A stretch of DNA of 64,000 bases, taken from the NCBI GenBank assembly GCA_963850415.1, contig CAWKLE010000002.1, positions 93,865 to 157,864 of the forward strand, written 5' to 3'. The notes under the pieces are model-generated. The model was not told the origin of the DNA and searched no databases. It saw only the letters and a list, made by a program, of their open reading frames with translations. Shown here in pieces: positions 1 through 12,361 of the stretch; positions within the stretch are counted from its first letter, which is position 1; each line of letters opens with the position of its first letter. A program made the translations under genes and the position numbers. The stretch comes from an uncultured Actinomycetes bacterium (GTDB lineage: Bacteria; Actinomycetota; Thermoleophilia; Gaiellales; Gaiellaceae).

Positions 1-464
1 AGCTCGAGGTGCGGTGCTGGTCGAAGAAGGACTGGCCCAAGGTCAAGTACGAGTGGGGCGGCTACGCGGGCAACCTCGACTTCGCCGGGTTCGCGTACGA
101 CGACTTCCGCGTCAGCATCGCGCCCGAGTACTGCGCGTCGCTTGTGGGGCTCGTCTACGAGCACAAGCGCCCGACCGCAGGTGTGCCGCTCTTCAGAGCC
201 GCCGCTTCGGTCGAGTTGCTCGCGCACGAGGCCGGACATCTCTTCGAGTCGGAGACGAACGAGGCTCGGACCGAGTGCCACGCGGTGCAGCAGGTCGCCG
301 AGATGGGTCGGATCCTGGGCCTCGGGCGCGAGTACTCGGACGAGCTCGCGCGCGTGTACTGGGAGGATCTCTATCCGCGGAACCTGCCGGCCTACAAGAC
401 CTCGCTGTGCAGGAACGGAGGGCCGCTCGACCTCAACCCGTCCAGCGACGAGTGGCCGAGCTAA
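1..464 (+). CDS. hypothetical protein with HExxH (HEAGH) metallopeptidase-like motif; 5' end runs off the window
   Basis: The ORF 9..464 frame stays open to the window edge. GC3 is high. It contains LLAHEAGHLFESE. Its stop TAA 462-464 lies convergent to and overlapping the moaA 3' end. Confidence 0.5.
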   Translation, partial: LEVRCWSKKDWPKVKYEWGGYAGNLDFAGFAYDDFRVSIAPEYCASLVGLVYEHKRPTAGVPLFRAAASVELLAHEAGHLFESETNEARTECHAVQQVAEMGRILGLGREYSDELARVYWEDLYPRNLPAYKTSLCRNGGPLDLNPSSDEWPS

Positions 465-1452
465 CCGCCGATCTGGGACATCGAGCGCGACGCCCCGGAC
501 GAAGCCGGGGTCGTTGATCTTGTGCTTGAGCTCCTTGTGACGGACGGCGAAGCGGATCAGGTCGGCCAGCTGCTCGTCACTCGCGCCGTTCCGTAGCGGC
601 TCCTTCAGGTCCCACTCGCGTCGTGAGAAGAGGCACGTGCGAAGCTGGCCGTCCGCGGTCAGCCGGATCCGGTCGCAGCTGGAGCAGAAGGGCTCCGAGA
701 CCGGGTTGACGAAGCCGATCTCGCCCGCGCCGTCCTCGAACCGGAAGCGACGGGCTGTCGAGGACGGCTTGGCCGGGATCTCCTCGAGCGGCCAATGCTC
801 CTCGATGAGGGCGCGGATCTCGGCTCCCGTGAGCACCTCGTCGTCGCGCCACGCCTGGTCCGCGTCGAGCGGCATGAACTCGATGAAGCGCACGACGTAC
901 GGCTTGCGGCGCGCCAGTTCGGCCAGCGCCGGAACCTCTTCCTCGGTGAAGCCCTTGATCGCGACGCAGTTGACCTTGATCGGACGAAGCTCGGGGTAGC
1001 GCTCGGCCTCCGCCAGGCCCGCGAGCACGCGGTCGAGCGCGTCGCGGCGCGTGATCTCGGCGAAGCGGACGTGGGAAAGCGAGTCGAGCGAGACGTTGAT
1101 CCTCGTCAGCCCCGCCTCGACGAGCGGGCCGGCGAGCCGGTCGAGGAGGACGCCGTTCGTCGTCAGCGACAGGTCGCGCACTCCATCGACCGCGCCGAGC
1201 ATCGCGACGAGGACGGGCAGATCGCGGCGAACGAGCGGCTCGCCTCCGGTCAGGCGCACCTCGTCCACGCCCATCGCGGCGAGCACGGACACGAGGCGGC
1301 CGATCTCCTCGAAGCTCAGGACCTCCTCGCGCGGGAGCCACTCGAGGCCCTCGGCGGGCATGCAGTAGCGGCACCGGAAGTTGCATTTGTCGGTGACCGA
1401 GACCCGCAGGCTGCGGATCTCTCGGCCCCAGGAATCGGTGAGCGGCTCCACG
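461..1452 (-). pseudogene. moaA: GTP 3',8-cyclase MoaA (radical SAM), frameshifted near the 3' end
   Basis: My translation from GTG 1452 gives VEPLTDSWGREIRSLRVSVTDKCNFRCRYCMP...GGEPLVRRD...PFCSSCDRIRLTADGQLRTCLF. The canonical C-terminus SRSMSQIGG* (stop 461-463) is only reached after a +1 shift at the GGGG run around 490-496. As sequenced, the frame runs off the window, which is why the ORF track lacks it. Confidence 0.85.
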
Positions 1453-1470
1453 GATCCAGGTTACCCAGGT

Positions 1471-1498
1471 TTCGACCAGGCCTAGCGCGCGGTATTAG
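1471..1498 (+). promoter_or_regulatory. putative sigma70-type promoter for the small Gly-rich ORF
   Basis: TTCGAC (1471-1476), 16-nt spacer, TATTAG (1493-1498) in the moaA/small-ORF divergent spacer. CCAGGTT direct repeats lie just upstream (1456-1480). Confidence 0.25.
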
Positions 1499-1555
1499 AC
1501 GCTGGCGACTCTCGCGCGGGAGAGGTGACCCTCGAAAGCTCGAAAGGAGAACGAA

Positions 1556-1720
1556 ATGTCGGAATCGGAGCAGGAAGGCGGCCAGGGCGGACAGGAAGGC
1601 GGCGGCGGCCAGGAGGGCGGCGGCCAGGAAGGCGGCGGTGACATGGGCGGCGGCGGCGGCCAGGAGGGCGGCGGCCAGTCCGGCGACGACATGTCCGGCG
1701 GCGGCAGCGAGTCCGCCTAG
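1556..1720 (+). CDS. 54-aa Gly/Gln/Glu-repeat acidic small protein
   Basis: SD GAAAGGAG (1543-1550) lies 5 nt before ATG 1556. Product is MSESEQEGGQGGQEGGGGQEGGGQEGGGDMGGGGGQEGGGQSGDDMSGGGSESA*. A strong hairpin terminator follows. The ORF is below the 60-aa cut-off of the ORF track. Confidence 0.5.
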   Translation: MSESEQEGGQGGQEGGGGQEGGGQEGGGDMGGGGGQEGGGQSGDDMSGGGSESA

Positions 1721-1744
1721 CCCGAACAGCTCTTTCCGTGAACA

Positions 1745-1775
1745 ACAGGGCGCTCTCCGGGGCGCCCTGTCGTTT
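1745..1775 (+). terminator. rho-independent-type terminator hairpin
   Basis: ACAGGGCGC (1745-1753), 8-nt loop, GCGCCCTGT (1762-1770), followed by CGTTT. Confidence 0.55.
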
Positions 1776-1840
1776 CCCAACACGTCCCGGTGCCAGTCAC
1801 AGTGACAGTCACCGCGGACCTGGCTGGAAGGGAGGTGACC

Positions 1841-1984
1841 ATGGCCGAGAACGACGAGCTCGACGAGGAGCGGCCTCGGGAGACCGAGCCGAACCCGACC
1901 CAGGAGCGCATGGACGAGACGGGCCAGAGCGAGAGCGACCGCCCAGTCGACGTACCGTGGGAGGCGGACGAGGAGGAGGGTTAG
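1841..1984 (+). CDS. 47-aa highly acidic small protein
   Basis: SD GGAAGGGAGG (1826-1835) lies 5 nt before ATG 1841. Product is MAENDELDEERPRETEPNPTQERMDETGQSESDRPVDVPWEADEEEG*. The track ORF 1790..1984 starts at an SD-less GTG. Confidence 0.5.
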   Translation: MAENDELDEERPRETEPNPTQERMDETGQSESDRPVDVPWEADEEEG

Positions 1985-2823
1985 TTGCGCAAGCCCCGCC
2001 GGCTCGCTTCCGCGATCGCGTCGGCGAAGCGAGCCGCCGCGCCTTCGGCATATGCGAGGTAGAGCGACGGCTCCGTGACCTCGACCTCGAGGACGACAGG
2101 CCCAGGTAGGAGGTCGACGCGGGCGTACAGGAGCTCTTCCCGCGGGAACGGAACCGCGTCCAGGATCCTCTCGGCCAGGGCCAGCTCGTCCCGCGAAGGC
2201 TCTGCCGCGCTGATGCGCTCCTCGACGAAGAGTCCCTCGCCCGGCTTGCCGCCGAGCGGAAGCAGCGCGGCTTTGCGCACCGCATGGGAGAACTCACCGC
2301 CCACGTAGTGCAGGGCCAGCTCTTCCTCGTGGTCGACCGCCTCGACGTACGGCTGGACCATCACGGTCTTCCCGGCCGCGTGCAGTCGCGCGACATGCTC
2401 ACGTGCGCGCTCATCGCCGGCGTCGTAGCGGGCCGCGTCGATCGATCCTGCGCCCACCGAGGGCTTGACGGCAAAGGGAAAGCCGGGCACGACGAACGGG
2501 TGCCCCGCCTCGAGGAAGTTCGTCGGAATCGTCTGCGGCCCGAGCCCCGCGAGGTAGTGCTTGTCCGTGTTCCAGCGTAGGACCTCGGGTGAATTCAGGA
2601 TTCGCGGCACGGACTCGGCCCATGCGACAAATTCCTCGCGCCGAGCCGGGTAGTCCCAGGTCGACCGCACGACTACGAGGTCGAACCTGTCCCAGTCGAC
2701 TTCGACGTCGTCCCAGACTGCCGCGGCGCCCTCGATCCCGCGGGCCGCCAGCGCCTCGATCAGCGCCGGCGCATCCTCGTCCCCGGCGGGGATCTCGGCG
2801 CAGGTGGCAAGCGCTACGCGCAG
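1981..2823 (-). CDS. ATP-grasp domain protein (RimK/GshB-like ligase)
   Basis: The track ORF 1981..2670 continues in frame upstream as (L)RVALATCAEIPAGDEDAPALIEALAARGIEGAAAVWDDVEVDWDRFDLVVVRSTWDY, a typical N-terminus of actinobacterial ATP-grasp proteins. No ATG/GTG/TTG occurs in that extension. CTG 2823-2821 is the only candidate start. Confidence 0.7.
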   Translation of the reverse strand: MRVALATCAEIPAGDEDAPALIEALAARGIEGAAAVWDDVEVDWDRFDLVVVRSTWDYPARREEFVAWAESVPRILNSPEVLRWNTDKHYLAGLGPQTIPTNFLEAGHPFVVPGFPFAVKPSVGAGSIDAARYDAGDERAREHVARLHAAGKTVMVQPYVEAVDHEEELALHYVGGEFSHAVRKAALLPLGGKPGEGLFVEERISAAEPSRDELALAERILDAVPFPREELLYARVDLLPGPVVLEVEVTEPSLYLAYAEGAAARFADAIAEASRRGLRN

Positions 2824-2827
2824 GACT

Positions 2828-5908
<3,081 letters not shown>

Positions 5909-5909
<1 letters not shown>

Positions 5910-6433
5910 TGCCGGAGGAGGTCGAGAACACCGAGCGAGGCTCGAGGAGCCGGAGGTCGACCGAGCTCGAGGCGCTCCGCAGCGAGAACGAGGAGCTGAT
6001 CTCGACACGCTCCAGCGCCTCAAGGCCGACTTCGACAACTACCGCAAGCGGGCCGCGCGCGACCAGGAGAGCCTGGTCGCGCGGGCCGGCGAGCGGCTCG
6101 TGAAGGAGCTCCTGCCCGTGCTCGACGACCTCGAGCGCGCGCTCGAGGCGGCCGAGCAGCACGAGGAGGCGAAGCTCGAGGAGGGCGTCAGGCTCGTCCA
6201 CCGCCAGCTCGAGCAGCTGCTCGCGAAGGAGGGCCTCGCGCGAGATCGAGACCGACGGGCAGGTTCGACCCGCACGTCCACGAGGCGCTGCTCACCCAGC
6301 CGTCGGAGGCCGAGGAGGGCGCCGTGATCGAGGTGCTCCAGAAGGGCTACCGCCTCGGCGACCGCGTCCTGCGGCCGGCGAGGGTGGTGGTCGCGGGGCC
6401 GAAGGAGGAGAGCCCGAGTGGCGACGCGGCTAA
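5909..6433 (+). pseudogene. grpE: nucleotide exchange factor GrpE, about 5-6 frame switches
   Basis: MPEEVEN..., [40 protein letters not shown] and [23 protein letters not shown] are found in different frames. The natural TAA (6431-6433) is out of frame as sequenced. Confidence 0.85.
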
Positions 6434-7500
6434 GAACCTCTACGACGCGCTCGGCGTCGCGAAGGACGCGTCGCAGGACGAGATCAAGAAGGCCTACCGC
6501 AAGCTCGTCCGCCAGTACCACCCGGACAAGAACCCGGGCGACAAGGAGGCCGAGGAGCGGTTCAAGGAGGTCCAGGGCGCCTACGACGTGCTCTCCGATC
6601 CCGAGAAGCGCAAGCAGTACGACGCGTTCGGCTCGGCCGACGGCCGGCGCCGGCGGGTTCCCGGGCGGCGGCGGCGACACTTCAACTTCGACTTCGGCGA
6701 CTCTCGGCGACCTGTTCGGCGGGATCTTCGGCGACGTCTTCGGGCGCGGGCGGCCGGCGCGCGCAGCGCGGCCGGGCGCGGCGCCGACATCGAGGCGCGG
6801 TCAACCTCTCGTTCGAGGACTCGCTGCGCGGGCGTCGAGACGCAGATCCCGGTCGAGGCTCGAGACCGCCTGCCGCGAGTGCGGCGGCTCCGGCGCGCAG
6901 CCCGGGACGGCGCCGATCGATCTGCCCCGAGTGCAACGGCCGCGGCGTCATCGTCGAGAGCCAGGGCTCTTCGGCCTCTCGCACCCGTGCCCGCGCTGCC
7001 GCGGCAACGGCACCGTGATCGAGAAGCCGTGCCCGCGCTGCCACGGCACGGGCCGCGAGCGGCGGACGAAGCGCTACAAGGTCAAGATCCCGGCCGGCGT
7101 CAAGGACGGCACGCAGATCCGCCTCAAGGGCAAGGGCGAGCCCGGCTACGGCGGCGGCCCGGCGGGCGATCTCTATCGTCGTCACGCGCGTCGCGGATTC
7201 GCCGCTCTACAAGCGGCGCGGCGTCGGACCTCGAGGTCGAGGTGCCGGTCACGTTCGCCGACGCGGCGCTCGGCGCGAAGGTCGAGGTGCCGACGCCCGA
7301 AGGGCCCGGTGTCGCTGAAGGTTCCCGCCGGCTCCGAGAGCGGCAAGCTGCTGCGGATCAAGGGCCGCGGCGCGCCGAAGCTGAAGGGCGGCGGCAAGGG
7401 CGACGTCCTCGCGCGCCTGAAGATCTCCGTCCCGAAGAAGCCGACCAAGAAGGAGCGCGAGCTGCTCGAGCAGCTCCAGAAGGTGCAGAAGGCCCGATGA
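6418..7500 (+). pseudogene. dnaJ: co-chaperone DnaJ, about 13 frame switches
   Basis: SD GAAGGAGGAG 6401-6410, GTG 6418. The J domain (YDALGV...[16 protein letters not shown]), G/F region, CxxCxGxG zinc-finger repeats ([32 protein letters not shown]) and the C-terminal domain alternate between the three frames. Confidence 0.9.
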
Positions 7501-7770
7501 GCATCTGGATCGTCCATGCGTCTGCGGTGATCCTGATCGTGCTCGCGCGTCGGGTTCGGTCGCAATGGCCGCGGTCAACCTCTATGCGGACGACCCCCGC
7601 GGCGAAGGGCGTCCAGCTCGGCGTCGCTCCTGGTCGTCCTGCGCTCATGCCTCGTCGGCGTTCGCCGTGACGAGACGGCTGGGAACGGCCGCGGCCGATC
7701 GCTCCTGCTCGCGTTCGTCGCTGATCGCGCAGCTCCTCGTACGTCGCTGCAGGAGGCGCGGAGCGGCCTG

Positions 7771-8158
7771 ATGGACGACCGGCCGCGCTACATGATCAGC
7801 GTCGCCGCCGACCTCGTCGGCATGCACCCGCAGACGCTGCGCATCTACGAGGCGAAAGGGCCTCGTCACGCCGCAGCGCACCGCCGGCAACACGCGTCTC
7901 TACTCGGAGGCCGACCTCGAGCGGCTGCGCGCTGATCCAGCAGCTGACGACCGAGCTCGGGCTCAACCTCGCCGGCGTCGAGCACGTGATCCGGCTCGAG
8001 GAGCAGATCCGCCGGATGCAGCGGACGATGGACCGGCTCGAGCGCGAGATGCGCGACGCAGATCGCCGAGGTGCACCGGCAGTACCGGCGCGACCTCGTT
8101 CCCTACGAGCCCACGAGCGCCGAGTCGATGCCGAGGACAGATGGACTTCCAGAAGCTG
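7771..8158 (+). pseudogene. hspR: MerR-family heat-shock repressor HspR, at least 3 frame switches; 3' end uncertain
   Basis: [30 protein letters not shown] / [23 protein letters not shown] / [26 protein letters not shown] / [18 protein letters not shown] lie in successive frames. It holds the canonical position after dnaJ. Confidence 0.75.
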
Positions 8159-10632
8159 ACGGTCAAGTCCCAGGAGGCGATCGCGGCCGCGCAGGAGCTC
8201 GCGCGCCGCCGCGGCAACCCCGAGATCTACCCCGAGCACCTGCTGCTCGCGCTGCTCGACCAGGAGCTGCCGCAGACGCTGCTCGGCGCGCAGGCCGCGG
8301 AGGTGCGCGCCAAGGCCGAGGCGGACCTCGCGCAGGCAGCCGTCGCTCCAGGGCGCGCGAGCAGCAGCCGACCGCCTCGACGGCGTTCTCCCGCGTGCTC
8401 GACCGCGCCGAGGAGGAGATGCGCAAGCTCGAGGACGAGTTCGTCTCGACCGAGCACCTGCTGCTCGCGCTCGACGTCGTCCCGCGCGACGAGCTGCTCG
8501 CGAAGCTGAAGGAGGTGCGCGGCGGCCAGCGCGTCACCTCGCAGGATCCCGGAGGGCACCTACCAGGCGCTCGAGAAGTTCGGCCGCGACCTGACCGAGC
8601 TCGCCGAGCAGGGCAAGCTCGACCCGGTCATCGGCCGCGACGAGGAGATCCGGCGCGTGATCCAGGTGCTCTCGCGCCGCACGAAGAACAACCCGGTGCT
8701 GATCGGCGACCCCGGCGTGGGGAAGACGGCGATCGTCGAGGGGCTCGCGCAGCGGATCGTCGCCGGCGACGTGCCCGAGGGCCTGAAGGGCAAGCGCGTC
8801 TGGGCGCTCGACATCGGCGCGCTGCTCGCCGGCTCGAAGTACCGCGGCGAGTTCGAGGAGCGGATCAAGGCCGTGCTCGCCGAGATCAAGAACGCCGAGG
8901 GCGAGATCGTCCTCTTCATCGACGAGCTGCACACGATCGTCGGCGCGGGCGCGGCCGAGGGCGCGGTCGACGCGGCGAACCTGCTCAAGCCGATGCTCGC
9001 GCGCGGCGAGCTGCGCGCGATCGGCGCGACGACGCTCGACGAGTACCGCAAGCACATCGAGAAGGACGCCGCGCTCGAGCGGCGCTTCCAGCCGGTCTTC
9101 GTCGGCGAGCCGTCGCGTCTCGGACACGATCGCGATCCTGCGCGGGCTGAAGGAGCGCTACGAGGCGCACCACGGCGTGCGCATCCGCGACGCGGCGCTC
9201 GTCGCGGCCGCGGTGCTCTCCGACCGCTACATCTCGGACCGCCAGCTGCCGGACAAGGCGATCGACCTCATCGACGAGGCCGGCGTCGCGCCTGCGGATG
9301 GAGATCGACTCGTCGCCGCTCGAGCTCGACGAGGCGGAGCGCCGCGTGCGCCAGCTCGAGATCGAGCTCGCCGCGATGGGCAAGGAGTCGAAGGAGCGCC
9401 GCGAGCCGGTCGAGCGCGAGCTGGCGGAGGCCAAGGAGCCTCCGCGACGAGCTCGCCGCGCGCTGGTCGCGCGAGAAGGAGGCGCTCGACCGCGTCAGCG
9501 AGATCAAGCGGCGGATCGACGAGCTGCGCATGGAGGCCGAGCGGGCCGAGCGGCACGGCGAGCTCCAGCGCGTCGCCGAGATCCGCTACGGCGAGCTGCC
9601 GGAGCTGGAGCGCGAGCTCGAGGAGCGCGCCGAGCCCGACGGCGAGCCGATGGTCAAGGAGGAGGTCGACGAGGACGACGTCGCCGCGGTCGTCGCGCCG
9701 CTGGACGGGCATCCCGGTCTCACGGCTCCTCGAGGGCGAGACCGAGAAGCTGATCCACATGGAGGAGCGGCTGCACCAGCGCGTCGTCGGACAGGACGAG
9801 GCCGTCGAGGCGGTCGCGAACGCGCTGCGGCGCGCGCGCTCCGGACTGCAGGACCCGAACCGCCCGATCGGCTCGTTCGTCTTCCTCGGCCCGACCGGCG
9901 TGGGCAAGACCGAGCTCGCCCGCGCGCTCGCCGAGTTCATGTTCGACGACGACCGGGCCATGGTCCGGCTGGACATGTCCGAGTACCAGGAGAAGCACAC
10001 GGTCTCGCGGCTCGTCGGCGCGCCGCCGGGCTACGTCGGCTACGAGGAGGGCGGCCAGCTGACCGAGGCGGTTCGGCGCCGCCCGTACTCGGTCGTCCTG
10101 CTCGACGAGATCGAGAAGGCGCATCCGGAGGTGTTCAACATCCTGCTCCAGGTGCTCGACGACGGGCGCCTGACCGACGGCCAGGGCCGCACCGTCGACT
10201 TCCGGAACACGGTGCTGATCATGACCTCGAACGTGCCGTCCGAGGACGCGATGCGCGAGACGTTCCGGCCGGAGTTCCTGAACCGGATCGACGAGATCGT
10301 CGAGTTCGAGCCGCTGACGCCGCGAGCAGATCGGCGAGATCGTCGAGCTGCAGCTCGCGCGGCTGCGCGAGCGGCTCGCCGAGCGGGGCCTGTCCCTCGA
10401 GCTGACCGACGCTGCGAAGGAGCACCTCGCCGAGGCCGGCTGGGATCCGACCTACGGCGCGCGGCCGCTGAAGCGGGCGATCCAGCGCCTGGTCGAGAAC
10501 CCGCTCGCGCTGCGGCTGCTCGAGGGCGAGTTCGAGGAAGGCGACGGCGCGTCGACGTCGGACGTGGACGTACGTTCGGCGGTCGTGCCGCATCGAGCGG
10601 CAGCCGTCGGACGCTCGCCCAGCCGGCGATGA
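8141..10632 (+). pseudogene. clpB: ATP-dependent chaperone ClpB, at least 7 frame switches
   Basis: [14 protein letters not shown]..., Walker A GDPGVGKT and GPTGVGKT, the coiled-coil M domain and [10 protein letters not shown] are present. Pieces sit in ORFs 8141-8509, 8071-9150, 8657-10405, 9298-9753 and 9177-11237. The stop TGA overlaps the clpS ATG (ATGA). Confidence 0.9.
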
Positions 10633-10929
10633 GCACGATCGTCGCCCCGGCCGAGGTCGAGGTCCGCGAGCCGGTCGTCGACGAGGACTGGCAGGAAGAG
10701 CGGCCGTGGGTCGTGATCGTCTGGAACGACCCGATCAACCTCATGTCGTACGTCACGCTCGTCTTCCAGAAGCTCTTCGGCTTCAGCCTCGCACAAGGCG
10801 ACAAAGCTCATGCTCCAGGTGCACAACGAGGGCAAGGCGGTCGTCTCCAGCGGGAACCGCGAGAAGTCCGAGCTCGACGTCGCGCGGCTGCACGCGCACG
10901 GGCTCTGGGCGACGATGCAGCAGGACTGA
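10629..10929 (+). pseudogene. clpS: Clp protease adaptor ClpS, one frameshift (~10797)
   Basis: The sequence [31 protein letters not shown] is followed, after an extra G, by [23 protein letters not shown]...LWATMQQD*. Confidence 0.85.
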
Positions 10930-11392
10930 GTGTTCGCGCGACGGCAGTTCGAGCGCAAGGGGGATCGCGTGCGGCTGCGGCTCGACGTGCACGAGCGGCT
11001 TCTCCTGAGCGACCTCCTCGACGAGCTCGAGCGCCTGCTCGACGACCCGGACGACCCAGAGCTGCGCCGGCTCTTCCCGCCTGCGTATTCCGATCGCGAG
11101 AACGACGAGCAGTACCGCTCGCTCGTCCGCGACCAGCTCGTGTCCGGCCGGTCGAAGGCTCTTGCGACCGTGCGCGCGGACCCTTGCCGGAGAGACGCTC
11201 GAGCTCGACCAGGCGGAGCAGTGGCTGCGAGCGCTGAACGACATGCGCCTCGTGCTTGGGACGCGCTGGGACGTGACCGAGCAGCTGGACTACGGGAAGC
11301 TCGACCTGAAGGAGCCTCGCGGCCGCGAGCTCGCGGTCTACGGCTACCTGTCCTGGCTCCAGGAGCAGCTCGTCGAGGCGCTGCAGCCCTAG
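10930..11392 (+). pseudogene. DUF2017-like protein (usual clpS neighbour in Actinobacteria), one frameshift (~11182)
   Basis: The N-terminal part is in ORF 10930 (GTG start right after the clpS TGA). The C-terminal part ([26 protein letters not shown]...) is in ORF 11162..11392. Confidence 0.6.
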
Positions 11393-11421
11393 ATACGGTC
11401 CCGCGCGTGTCTCAGCCAACG

Positions 11422-12168
11422 ATGGAGGTTTCGCCGGCCGAGCGGACCGTCGGCCAGCTGATCGCCGACGCGATCAAGCTCTACGGGCACCGGTTCTGGC
11501 GCGTGCTCGGGCTCGGGATCCCGGCGTCCGCCTTCACGATCGGCGCCTCGTTCCTCGATGGAGGCGCGCGCGTCGGGTACGGGGTCGTCCTCGGGCCGTT
11601 CGCGCTCGCGCTCAGTTACGTCTGGGCAGTTGCTGTCGCGACCGATGCGCGGAACGCGAGAGGTCGGGCGCTCCTCGTCGGTGCGATTGCTTTCCTGCCG
11701 CTCGCCGCGTCGCGCGTGCTCGTCTTCACGGGCGTCTACTTCGTCGCGCTCGCGTGGTTCGCGCTCGTCGGGCTCGCAGTACCGAGCGTGCTCGTCGAAG
11801 AGCGCGGCCTGCGGGACGCGCTCCAGCACGGGCTCAGGCTCGCGCGCGCCGACTTCGTGCACGCGTTCGGCACCGTGGCCGCGCTCGCGATCGTCGTCAT
11901 CGTCTCGATCTTCTCGCTCTCGCTCATGCTCGCAGGCTTCGGGGCTCAGAGCATCACGATCTCCGCCGCGCTCGCGGTCGTCGTCATGTCGCCGCTCTTC
12001 TTCCTCGGGTGCGCTCTTCTCTATCTCGACCAGGAGGCCCGGTTAGAGTCGGGCTCACCACGACGAAGGAGGCGCGATGCCCGTCTACATCATGCTGTCG
12101 AGCCTGACCGCGCAGGGCGTGCAGACGCTGAAGTCGAACCCGGACCGGCTGCGCGAGGTGAACCGTGA
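11422..12168 (+). CDS. integral membrane protein (multi-TM), 3' end uncertain
   Basis: ATG 11422 lies within track ORF 10930..12168. Several hydrophobic helices are present. As sequenced, the last ~90 nt overlap the SD and start of the GYD gene, and an out-of-frame TAG at 12044-12046 may be the real stop. Confidence 0.55.
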   Translation: MEVSPAERTVGQLIADAIKLYGHRFWRVLGLGIPASAFTIGASFLDGGARVGYGVVLGPFALALSYVWAVAVATDARNARGRALLVGAIAFLPLAASRVLVFTGVYFVALAWFALVGLAVPSVLVEERGLRDALQHGLRLARADFVHAFGTVAALAIVVIVSIFSLSLMLAGFGAQSITISAALAVVVMSPLFFLGCALLYLDQEARLESGSPRRRRRDARLHHAVEPDRAGRADAEVEPGPAARGEP

Positions 12169-12361
12169 CGTCGAGGAGCTCGGCGCCAAGGTGCTGCACC
12201 AGTGGGCGACGCTCGGCCCGTTCGACTTCGTGAACGTCGTCGAGGCGCCCGACGCCGCGACGATCGCCCGTGTGTCGATCGCCCTGGGGGCGCGCGGGAG
12301 CGCCAAGCTCCAGACGCTGACGGCGCTCGAGATCGAGGACTTTCTCGGCGCGGTCAGCTAA
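12077..12361 (+). CDS. GYD domain-containing protein
   Basis: SD GAAGGAGG precedes ATG 12077. The 94-aa product (MPVYIMLSSLTAQGVQTLKSNPDRL...GPFDFVNVVEAPD) matches the GYD family pattern. Confidence 0.75.
   Translation: MPVYIMLSSLTAQGVQTLKSNPDRLREVNRDVEELGAKVLHQWATLGPFDFVNVVEAPDAATIARVSIALGARGSAKLQTLTALEIEDFLGAVS

Noticed and set aside
577-1386. 269-aa Arg/Pro/Ala-rich ORF on the minus strand
   Set aside because: It is the +1 shadow frame of moaA. The same DNA read one base over gives a textbook MoaA. Long stop-free off-frames are expected at about 70% GC.
1453-1555. Moco riboswitch upstream of moaA
   Set aside because: Only about 100 nt are available and they are shared with a divergent promoter and SD. 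I could not find the conserved Moco-motif stems.
1495-1692. 65-aa Pro/Trp-rich ORF (PPPSWPPP repeats) on the minus strand
   Set aside because: It is the antisense mirror of the GGC/CAG/GAA repeats of the SD-led Gly-rich ORF on the plus strand. It has no SD or terminator of its own.
6324-7670. Apparent GrpE-DnaJ fusion protein (448 aa)
   Set aside because: It is an artefact of indels. The ORF contains only the GrpE tail and the J domain in frame, and the rest is Arg-rich nonsense.
7645-7893. 82-aa minus-strand ORF in the dnaJ-hspR region
   Set aside because: It is mostly antisense to the hspR N-terminus, with no SD and an implausible composition.
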